Positions 7,574 to 13,972 of a stretch of DNA of 20,000 nucleotides are shown here, one piece after another. The notes under the pieces are model-generated. The model was not told where the DNA came from and did no database searches. It saw only the letters and a program-made list of their open reading frames with translations. The stretch comes from an uncultured virus (IMG/VR IMGVR_UViG_3300009684_000029) (Duplodnaviria > Heunggongvirae > Uroviricota > Caudoviricetes). A program made the translations under genes and the position numbers. Position 1 is the stretch's first letter. Each line of letters opens with the position of its first letter. The DNA is taken from the IMG/VR virus record IMGVR_UViG_3300009684_000029; one strand, given 5' to 3'.

Positions 7574-8557
7574 ATGAATAAAACTAAATTAAATGAATTA
7601 TCGCCAGAAACAAAAATGTCTGCATTTAAAAAAGCCGCAGCATATACTAGAAAGCCAGGCGAAATAACTAATAAAGTCCTTCATAATAAACGTATGTCTC
7701 AAGCATATACATTTGAAAAGAATGTTAGTCCACAAATACAAGCTCAAGCAGATACTATTGCAAAGTTAATTGGGTCTGAATTTATTGCTTCTATAGATAA
7801 AGGCATATATGGTTCAGAAGAAATACCTGCAATATCTATAAAATTTTATGAGCCAACAAATAAACAAAGCAATGCAACATTACTTGTTAGCGCTGGGTCT
7901 GGTTATAATGCTGGGGATATCAGTACCGATCTTAAACTAAATAATATAGAGTTATCAGAACCTGTACAAAGAAAGCTTTTAAGATTTGCTGACGCTATTT
8001 ATAAAAGCGAAATATCAAGTAATTTAAAAGAAGATTATAATACAAAAAGAACAATGAATAAAAACATATTAAAGACTCTTATAAAAGAGTGCTACCAAGA
8101 AGTATTAGCAGAAAATCAAGATTATTCAATGCAATGGGATTCAATGTCACCTGAAGCTAGAGAAGAAGAATTATTAAAGAGCTTTAAAAATCCAGATATG
8201 GCTGCAAAATATGCAGAATATAGTTGGAATGAATTACCTGATAATATATCAGATATGGTATTGAATGAAGGTTTTGATGATCAAGAAGCTGAATTACCTG
8301 CTACAAGAAGTGTAAATATGGGTGATGCGCCAAGTAAAATTGATTTAGGTATTAATACTAAAGCATCTAGTAAGATAAGTAAATTACAATCTGCTATTGA
8401 TCAATTAAGTGCCACTCTTAAAACTAACTTAGATCTTTATAAAGCCGGTAAAATGTCAATCCAAGATTATAAAACTGCTGTAGGAGATATTCCAGTAAAG
8501 CTTAAAGGTTTAGTTTCAGCATTAGAGATGGAAATAGGAAAGACGGCTAATATATAA
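7574..8557 (+). CDS. Hypothetical phage protein (KLNE leader, with a second internal leader MNKNILKTLIKECYQEVLAE at 8054)
   Basis: 327 aa. The in-frame ATG at 8054 begins a copy of the leader motif. Confidence 0.7.
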   Translation: MNKTKLNELSPETKMSAFKKAAAYTRKPGEITNKVLHNKRMSQAYTFEKNVSPQIQAQADTIAKLIGSEFIASIDKGIYGSEEIPAISIKFYEPTNKQSNATLLVSAGSGYNAGDISTDLKLNNIELSEPVQRKLLRFADAIYKSEISSNLKEDYNTKRTMNKNILKTLIKECYQEVLAENQDYSMQWDSMSPEAREEELLKSFKNPDMAAKYAEYSWNELPDNISDMVLNEGFDDQEAELPATRSVNMGDAPSKIDLGINTKASSKISKLQSAIDQLSATLKTNLDLYKAGKMSIQDYKTAVGDIPVKLKGLVSALEMEIGKTANI

Positions 8558-8590
8558 TCAATATGGATAATCCTCCGCGAGAATTTAAAA

Positions 8591-8815
8591 ATGACATTCA
8601 GAAACACATTCAAGAAAAATATTCTAATGATAATATTGATCATGGCGACATTCTTCAACCCCATGGGATTTGCGGAGTTATTCGCCCTGGTTCAATTATG
8701 GACTGGGTCATTTTTAATAACAGATGGCATTTTTTATGTCATCTCAATCTCTTTGTTTATCCTTTATTATACATTATCAAAAAAATGGGGCTTCAATAAA
8801 AATGGAAATATCTAA
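8591..8815 (+). CDS. Small membrane protein (2 hydrophobic segments)
   Basis: 74 aa. ILMIILIMATFF and GIFYVISISLFILYY are hydrophobic, with a basic C-tail. Confidence 0.6.
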   Translation: MTFRNTFKKNILMIILIMATFFNPMGFAELFALVQLWTGSFLITDGIFYVISISLFILYYTLSKKWGFNKNGNI

Positions 8816-9086
8816 GCAAGGTAATTATACCTCACCCGCAAATCAAGTATCCGCAATGGATTCAACCTTAAGAGATAAACTTAAGAAACGATTAAAATAT
8901 GTTGTTCTTGATTTCTTAACGGACAATCCAGAATATGATATAACAACTGGTAAAGATACTATGATGCATTCAGTATATTCATCAGATATGTATTTAGAAG
9001 AATCAATTAAATCTTTAAATTCTTTAACGGAATTATTTAATATGATTAATGAGCATTATCAAATATTAAATGAATCAGGAGAATAA
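8802..9086 (+). CDS. Hypothetical protein
   Basis: Start moved from 8724 to the in-frame ATG at 8802 (MEISKQ...), which has an A-rich leader and a smaller overlap. Confidence 0.55.
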   Translation: MEISKQGNYTSPANQVSAMDSTLRDKLKKRLKYVVLDFLTDNPEYDITTGKDTMMHSVYSSDMYLEESIKSLNSLTELFNMINEHYQILNESGE

Positions 9087-9255
9087 TAGTGAACCCAAAC
9101 TTAAAGAAGGATTACATTATTACATCGAAGAAGGCAATTACGTATTTACAGAGCTATATCATAGAGAGCGCGGTTACTGTTGCAGGAATGGATGCCGACA
9201 CTGCCCTTATACAATTAAGCTTCAACGAAATAATAAAAATCTTAAAAAAGATTAG
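9070..9255 (+). CDS. DUF5522-like Cys-rich small protein
   Basis: 'YYIEEGNYVFTELYHRERGYCCRNGCRHCPY' matches the family's YVFT...RGxCCxxGCRHCPY signature. Confidence 0.75.
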   Translation: MNQENNSEPKLKEGLHYYIEEGNYVFTELYHRERGYCCRNGCRHCPYTIKLQRNNKNLKKD

Positions 9256-9283
9256 GACTTATAAAAATAAAACATTATATTTA
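9252..9283 (+). promoter_or_regulatory. Putative promoter TTAG-N20-TATATTTA
   Basis: Same spacing and consensus as the other copies. Confidence 0.55.
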
Positions 9284-9309
9284 AATAAGATCAAAAGAAA
9301 ATTAATAAT

Positions 9310-9501
9310 ATGATCAATCTCATAAAAACCTTTGAATATTGTATGAGCAGAAAATATTCATTTTGTTACAGAAATCAATATACTGGTGAAGTGATAGATA
9401 GTGTGTATGCAGTATCTAGATTGTCTGCTGCTAAGTTTTTTGCTGCAAGAAAACAATTGACATTAAAAGAGTTCTTAAAAATATTTACAATCTCAAAATA
9501 A
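9310..9501 (+). CDS. Hypothetical protein (start possibly 9343)
   Basis: 63 aa, downstream of a promoter box. Contains 'AAKFFAARKQLTLKEFLKIF'. Confidence 0.55.
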   Translation: MINLIKTFEYCMSRKYSFCYRNQYTGEVIDSVYAVSRLSAAKFFAARKQLTLKEFLKIFTISK

Positions 9502-9512
9502 ATAATCAATAT

Positions 9513-9677
9513 ATGAAAAACAAAACAATCGCGGCCATTGCTGCCTTGACAATTATGTTCACAGCATCTTGCGGACAATCATCTTCAACAAAAACATCAA
9601 CAAATGATTCTACAGAAATTTCTTTGGATTCAGTTGAATTAGTTATTGATTCAGTATATACCGATTCGGTAAACTAA
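9513..9677 (+). CDS. Small lipoprotein (54 aa) with Ser/Thr-rich mature part
   Basis: MKNKTIAAIAALTIMFTAS-C20-GQSSSTKTSTNDSTEISLDSVELVIDSVYTDSVN. Basic N-region, hydrophobic core and lipobox Cys. Followed by a terminator. Not in the ORF track. Confidence 0.75.
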   Translation: MKNKTIAAIAALTIMFTASCGQSSSTKTSTNDSTEISLDSVELVIDSVYTDSVN

Positions 9678-9696
9678 AAGTTTTAGAAGATTAAAT

Positions 9697-9729
9697 AAAG
9701 AGCCTGGAATTAATATTCCGGGTTTTTTT
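9697..9729 (+). terminator. Rho-independent terminator
   Basis: AGCCTGGAAT-taat-ATTCCGGGTT stem (two G-U pairs) plus T-tract. Confidence 0.85.
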
Positions 9730-9753
9730 ATGGTCTTATATATCAATCCATTA
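9723..9753 (+). repeat. 31-bp dispersed repeat, copy 1 (contains TATCAATCCATTA)
   Basis: 30/31 identical to 11387-11417. Confidence 0.85.
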
Positions 9754-9773
9754 GATATTATTAAAAGATTTGT

Positions 9774-9810
9774 TTAGGAACTATGAAATAAATTCTTTAA
9801 TATTATGTAT
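9774..9810 (+). promoter_or_regulatory. Putative promoter TTAG-N20-TAATATTATGTAT (degenerate copy)
   Basis: Same spacing, ends in GTAT like the other copies. Confidence 0.45.
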
Positions 9811-9824
9811 AAATAAAAATAAAT

Positions 9825-10094
9825 ATGATATTATTAGGAATAGGAACAGTCATAATCCTTGTGGCATTATTAATTCAAGTAAATATTTTACAGAATCGAT
9901 TAAAAGAGCATGAACGTAAAATGTTATCTTTAGCAGAAAGCTTAAATTTAATAGCTGATACTTTAGATAATTTAATACATGCACATAATTCTTTAATTGA
10001 AGACATTAATCAAGCAAAGGCTGAAATAATGGAAATGGATAATATTGATAATATACTTCCATTAGATTTAACCAATTCAATGGGCTTAGCATAA
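9825..10094 (+). CDS. Hypothetical protein, N-terminal TM helix plus coiled coil
   Basis: 89 aa. MILLGIGTVIILVALLIQV followed by a heptad-like region. Confidence 0.6.
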   Translation: MILLGIGTVIILVALLIQVNILQNRLKEHERKMLSLAESLNLIADTLDNLIHAHNSLIEDINQAKAEIMEMDNIDNILPLDLTNSMGLA

Positions 10095-10105
10095 TATTTA
10101 AATAA

Positions 10106-10336
10106 ATGACAAATATGTTTATAACAGAATCAAAATCATTACCAAAGTATCATTTTGCAGGTACTGTAGAAGAAATAACTTGCGAGCGAATTAGCGAAGC
10201 TCAAATATCATTTAAGTTACAAAATCCAGCAGGGCCAAGAATATCCCATACTATTCAACCAGCAGAAATTCTTTCTGTTAAAGATCGTATGTCATATATT
10301 AGTAACGAAATTATTAAAGTAAGACAAAAAATATGA
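10106..10336 (+). CDS. Hypothetical protein
   Basis: 76 aa. ATGA overlap with the next gene. Confidence 0.55.
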   Translation: MTNMFITESKSLPKYHFAGTVEEITCERISEAQISFKLQNPAGPRISHTIQPAEILSVKDRMSYISNEIIKVRQKI

Positions 10337-10926
10337 GTATAATTAAAGAGAACATAGACGCACTATACGATATGTGGTGGAACATATTGGGTTATAGATT
10401 AAGAAACTTTTATCGATCAATCGTGAACGTGATAAGGTGGTTACCGACTATATGGGAGGATAGAGATTGGGATGATTCATATATCCTTACTATACTTCAA
10501 ACTAAGTTACGATTCCAATCTAAATACTTAGCTAAGAACAGTCAGCATTATTATGTTGGTAATGATGTTTATTATATGAATATATGTATTAAATTAATTG
10601 AAGCCATTAAGGAAGAAATATATGTTTCAGAATATTCAGATTATCATGATACGGAATATTATTTCGTAGATTCAGATAAGGAAGGACTTTCAATAATGAA
10701 GCATAATAGAAAGAGTGAGAAGTTTAATGACTATTACTTAAAATATCCTTTGATCTACAAAAAAGTTATGAATGGAGAAGGATGGGTGGATATTAATAGA
10801 TTTAAAGATAATGATTTTGAATATCGTCATGCCATCGCAATGAATATAGCTCATATTAATAGCGCGCGAGCTAAAGACTTATTATATAAAATCTTAAGAG
10901 ATAAGTTATCATCTTGGTGGAGTTAA
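10333..10926 (+). CDS. Hypothetical phage protein
   Basis: 197 aa. Contains 'WLPTIWEDRDWD' and a terminal 'WW'. Followed by a terminator. Confidence 0.65.
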   Translation: MSIIKENIDALYDMWWNILGYRLRNFYRSIVNVIRWLPTIWEDRDWDDSYILTILQTKLRFQSKYLAKNSQHYYVGNDVYYMNICIKLIEAIKEEIYVSEYSDYHDTEYYFVDSDKEGLSIMKHNRKSEKFNDYYLKYPLIYKKVMNGEGWVDINRFKDNDFEYRHAIAMNIAHINSARAKDLLYKILRDKLSSWWS

Positions 10927-10948
10927 TAGATAAATAATAATATTAAAT

Positions 10949-10976
10949 AGGATAGAGTAAAATCTATCCTTTTTTT
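10949..10976 (+). terminator. Rho-independent terminator
   Basis: AGGATAGA-gtaaaa-TCTATCCT perfect stem plus TTTTTT. Confidence 0.85.
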
Positions 10977-11012
10977 ATGTTCTATCATATTTATATTAAA
11001 GAAACAATTATT

Positions 11013-11339
11013 ATGGCATTAGAACCAGGATATACATACACTACCAGCAATGTAACAGGTAGTATAGGACCATTAGATGTTAAAAGCAGCGCTTCGGCAC
11101 CTTTAGTTATTTTTTCAAGAACGGTAACCGTATCGGGTACATTAACATCATTAACAGCAGAACAATGCCAAAAGGTAACTCTTTTAGTTTCTGGTTCATT
11201 GCCTTTATATTTTAGCATTAATAGCGGAAGTATAATGCAATCATTGCCAAACTATCCTGTAGATATTATAGTATCGAATGCAAATCAAATTCAAGTATCT
11301 GGATCTGCTTCTACTTTAAATTATATCGTATCTAAATAA
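11013..11339 (+). CDS. Ser/Thr/Gly-rich beta-strand-type protein, possibly virion-associated
   Basis: Start at MALEPG (11013) preferred over 10977, which abuts the terminator. Repeated (S/T)GS motifs. Monocistronic between two terminators. Confidence 0.6.
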   Translation: MALEPGYTYTTSNVTGSIGPLDVKSSASAPLVIFSRTVTVSGTLTSLTAEQCQKVTLLVSGSLPLYFSINSGSIMQSLPNYPVDIIVSNANQIQVSGSASTLNYIVSK

Positions 11340-11363
11340 TATTTATCATACAATCTTAATACT

Positions 11364-11393
11364 AAAGAGTAACTTTCCGGTTGCTCTTTTTTT
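11364..11393 (+). terminator. Rho-independent terminator
   Basis: AAAGAGTAACT-ttcc-GGTTGCTCTTT stem plus T-tract. Confidence 0.8.
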
Positions 11394-11417
11394 ATGTTCT
11401 TATATATCAATCCATTA
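11387..11417 (+). repeat. 31-bp dispersed repeat, copy 2
   Basis: 30/31 identical to 9723-9753. Confidence 0.85.
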
Positions 11418-11436
11418 TAGATATTTTAACTTTTCA

Positions 11437-11473
11437 TTAGGAAATATAACATATTTTTATTATTTTTAAGTAT
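11437..11473 (+). promoter_or_regulatory. Putative promoter TTAG-N20-TATTTTTAAGTAT
   Basis: Same spacing and consensus as the other copies. Confidence 0.55.
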
Positions 11474-12092
11474 GATGAAGATAAAACAAGAGAAAGGACA
11501 AAAGATATGGTTTACGTCTGATACCCATTTCCATCACACAAATATTTGCAGAGGAATAAGTAATTGGCCTGAAAGTGAATGGACGAGGGACTTTGATACT
11601 TTAGAAGAAATGAATAACGTAATTGTTAATTCCATTAACTTAAATGTTATGGAGAATGATATTTTATTTCATTTGGGAGATTGGTCATTTGGTGGTTTTG
11701 AAATGATAGAGGAGTTTCGTAACAGAATCGTATGTAAGAACATTCACTTAATCTTAGGTAATCATGATCATCATATTGAAAGAAATAAACGTAACATCCA
11801 AAGTTTATTTAGTTCAGTACATCAATATTTAGATCTTGAGATAGATGATTATAGATTTATATTAATGCATTATCCAATAGCAAGTTGGAACAATATGAAT
11901 AGAGGAGTAATTCATTTACATGGTCACGTTCATTTACCTCTAGATAAAAAAATATCAAAGGGCAAAGCAATGGATGTTGGAATGGATGGAAATAACATGG
12001 AATTATATAGTTTAATGGATATTATTAATATAATGGATAAACAACCAATTTCAAAATTATCATTACCACAAGATCATCACGAACCTAAATAA
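11472..12092 (+). CDS. Calcineurin-like metallophosphoesterase
   Basis: Motifs SDTH, HLGD, GNHD, MHYP, HGHVH and MDVG. Confidence 0.9.
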   Translation: MMKIKQEKGQKIWFTSDTHFHHTNICRGISNWPESEWTRDFDTLEEMNNVIVNSINLNVMENDILFHLGDWSFGGFEMIEEFRNRIVCKNIHLILGNHDHHIERNKRNIQSLFSSVHQYLDLEIDDYRFILMHYPIASWNNMNRGVIHLHGHVHLPLDKKISKGKAMDVGMDGNNMELYSLMDIINIMDKQPISKLSLPQDHHEPK

Positions 12093-12100
12093 ATAAAGAT

Positions 12101-12295
12101 ATGGGAAATTTAAGACAAAGTATGACTGATGAGGAATGGGATTCATTTGAACCAAAGCCTCTTCCAAAAGTTCTTTATACAAGAAGTGAAGTAAAGAAAT
12201 TGATATATGAATTCACAAAGGATGCAATGATAACAGATGTCCCATCAACGGATGTATGGATTAATGATTGGATAGAAAGGAAATTAGAGTTATGA
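12101..12295 (+). CDS. Hypothetical protein
   Basis: 64 aa, in the operon. Confidence 0.55.
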   Translation: MGNLRQSMTDEEWDSFEPKPLPKVLYTRSEVKKLIYEFTKDAMITDVPSTDVWINDWIERKLEL

Positions 12296-12426
12296 CACTA
12301 GAAGAAGCATATGAACATCTTATGGTAGCAGTTAAAGATTATCATAACTGGAATACCATTACAAGACAAGCGAAAGCATTAATAAGAAAAAATAGAGGTA
12401 GAAAGAAAATAAAATTATGGCCATGA
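12292..12426 (+). CDS. Small hypothetical protein (44 aa, MTLEEAYEHL...KKIKLWP)
   Basis: ATGA overlaps at both ends fill the gap exactly. Not in the ORF track. Confidence 0.55.
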   Translation: MTLEEAYEHLMVAVKDYHNWNTITRQAKALIRKNRGRKKIKLWP

Positions 12427-12812
12427 AACAAATAATATTAGTAAGAGGATTGCCAGGATCCGGTAAGAGTACATTAGCTAAGACATTAGCAACCGGAGGA
12501 TACCATTTTGAGGCTGATATGTTTTTTATGAAGGATGGCGAATATAAGTTTGAGCCAGAATTAATAGGAATGGCACATGATTGGTGCAGGAATCAAGTTC
12601 AACAAAGTATGGCCATTAATTTAAATTTAATCGTCGTATCAAATACATTCACTATGGAATGGGAAATGATGCCATACATTGCTTTAGCTAAAGAATATGG
12701 ATATATGGTTCATACAATTATCGTAGAGAATAGGCACGGGAATGAAAATATCCATAACTGTCCTAAATCTACAATAGACAAAATGAAAATGAGATTCGAA
12801 GTATCTTTATAA
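12423..12812 (+). CDS. P-loop kinase (AAA_33 / polynucleotide-kinase-like)
   Basis: IILVRGLPGSGKST Walker A, 'FEADMFF', 'AHDWC', 'VVSNTF', 'NIHNCP'. Start 12423 gives an ATGA overlap (12417 is the alternative). Confidence 0.85.
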   Translation: MKQIILVRGLPGSGKSTLAKTLATGGYHFEADMFFMKDGEYKFEPELIGMAHDWCRNQVQQSMAINLNLIVVSNTFTMEWEMMPYIALAKEYGYMVHTIIVENRHGNENIHNCPKSTIDKMKMRFEVSL

Positions 12813-12816
12813 AAAG

Positions 12817-12853
12817 GTTGGTACTTTGAATTGTTTTCATTATCTTTAAGTAT
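12817..12853 (+). promoter_or_regulatory. Putative promoter GTTG-N20-TATCTTTAAGTAT
   Basis: Same spacing and consensus as the other copies. Confidence 0.6.
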
Positions 12854-12871
12854 ATTAAATAAATAAAAGTT

Positions 12872-13456
12872 ATGATTTACAAAATAAATAAAGATATGTC
12901 CTCAAAGGATATAACTAAAAAAGTAAAAGCAAAGACGATTATATTATATATCGCAATAATCTTATTAAGCTCACGCGTTGCATATTATGAATTTTCACCA
13001 AGCCATAGTATATCTTACAGAGATAAAGTTAGAGTAGATACCTTTGAGAGATTAGCTATTTTCAAGCATGGATTGACAAAGATTACAGTAGATAGAAATT
13101 CAAATATTCCTTCGTTCTGTAATAATCCCGGAGCATTAAGACCAAGTGGCAATGATAAAATAAATTCATTAGCCATAGGTACGGTAGAAGCTCCTTCAGG
13201 TCAATTCTTATATTTTCCTAATAAGGAACTAGGATTTAAGGCTTTAAGAATATTATTGACGAGCGTATATTATAACCATACTATTCAGAAATGTATATAT
13301 GCATTTGCTCCGCCTCACGAAAATAACTCTGAATTATATATTTCAAAGTTAACGGCATCATTAGATTGTTCAGCAAATACATTAGTTAAAGATTGTAACA
13401 TACAGAAACTAATGACTGAAATAGCAAAAGTAGAAGGATTTAAATCAACAAAATAA
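12872..13456 (+). CDS. Lysozyme-like (NNPG-family) protein with N-terminal membrane anchor
   Basis: 'NNPGALR...FLYF...GFKALRILL...Y...TI...IYAFAPPHENNSELYI...IAKVEG' matches the NNPGNI...YAP..EN.T..Y lysozyme-fold family. Hydrophobic TIILYIAIILLSS near the N-terminus. Confidence 0.7.
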   Translation: MIYKINKDMSSKDITKKVKAKTIILYIAIILLSSRVAYYEFSPSHSISYRDKVRVDTFERLAIFKHGLTKITVDRNSNIPSFCNNPGALRPSGNDKINSLAIGTVEAPSGQFLYFPNKELGFKALRILLTSVYYNHTIQKCIYAFAPPHENNSELYISKLTASLDCSANTLVKDCNIQKLMTEIAKVEGFKSTK

Positions 13457-13457
13457 T

Positions 13458-13559
13458 ATGAAATATAAATTAACGACAGATCAAAAAGTAACGATAGTTT
13501 CAATAATAATAGCATCAGCTATAATATTAGCATCATTAATATTAAACAGAGCAATATAA
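13458..13559 (+). CDS. Small single-TM peptide (33 aa)
   Basis: MKYKLTTDQKVTIVSIIIASAIILASLILNRAI. TAATG-coupled to the next gene. Confidence 0.5.
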   Translation: MKYKLTTDQKVTIVSIIIASAIILASLILNRAI

Positions 13560-13666
13560 TGAAACGTAAACCAGAAATAAAGGATTATATAGCTATATTT
13601 CTTTTAATTAGTTATGCTCTATACATACTTGGAATAGCTATACTTACAATCATTAATCACCAATAA
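13559..13666 (+). CDS. Small single-TM peptide (35 aa)
   Basis: MKRKPEIKDYIAIFLLISYALYILGIAILTIINHQ. Confidence 0.5.
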   Translation: MKRKPEIKDYIAIFLLISYALYILGIAILTIINHQ

Positions 13667-13670
13667 AAAG

Positions 13671-13707
13671 GTTGTTTAATTGAAATAAAGGACTTATATT
13701 AAAGTAT
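13671..13707 (+). promoter_or_regulatory. Putative promoter GTTG-N20-TATATTAAAGTAT
   Basis: Nearly identical to 17521-17557 (GTTGTTTAwTTGAAATAAAG..CTTATATTwAAGTAT). Confidence 0.65.
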
Positions 13708-13972
13708 GATAAGAATAATACTAATTTCATTATTAACTATCACGTCTTGTGATAAAATAGAGATTGGTATATATGAAGCACCTAAAACTCAAGATACCTT
13801 AAAACTAACTAAACCAAAAACTAAAAAGAAATGGAAAATCAAAATAGCGTTTGTTTCGTTGCGAAGATCAATGAAATTAAAGAAATACCCGGAGCGGATA
13901 ATATTGAGCAAGCAATCATCGGAGGATGGAATTGTATCATTCAGAAAGGACAGTATGCTGAAGGTGGATTAG
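13706..13972 (+). CDS. Putative lipoprotein, overlapping the RNA ligase 5' end
   Basis: MIRIILISLLTITS-C lipobox-like start. 142-nt overlap with 13831..14964 makes the 3' half doubtful. Confidence 0.4.
   Translation: MIRIILISLLTITSCDKIEIGIYEAPKTQDTLKLTKPKTKKKWKIKIAFVSLRRSMKLKKYPERIILSKQSSEDGIVSFRKDSMLKVD

Noticed and set aside
8563..8799. Alternative-frame ORF 8563..8799
   Set aside because: Overlaps 8591..8815 almost entirely; the latter has a coherent two-TM pattern. Not fully excluded.
9089..9313. ORF 9089..9313
   Set aside because: Out-of-frame overlap with the DUF5522-like gene, and it runs through a promoter box.
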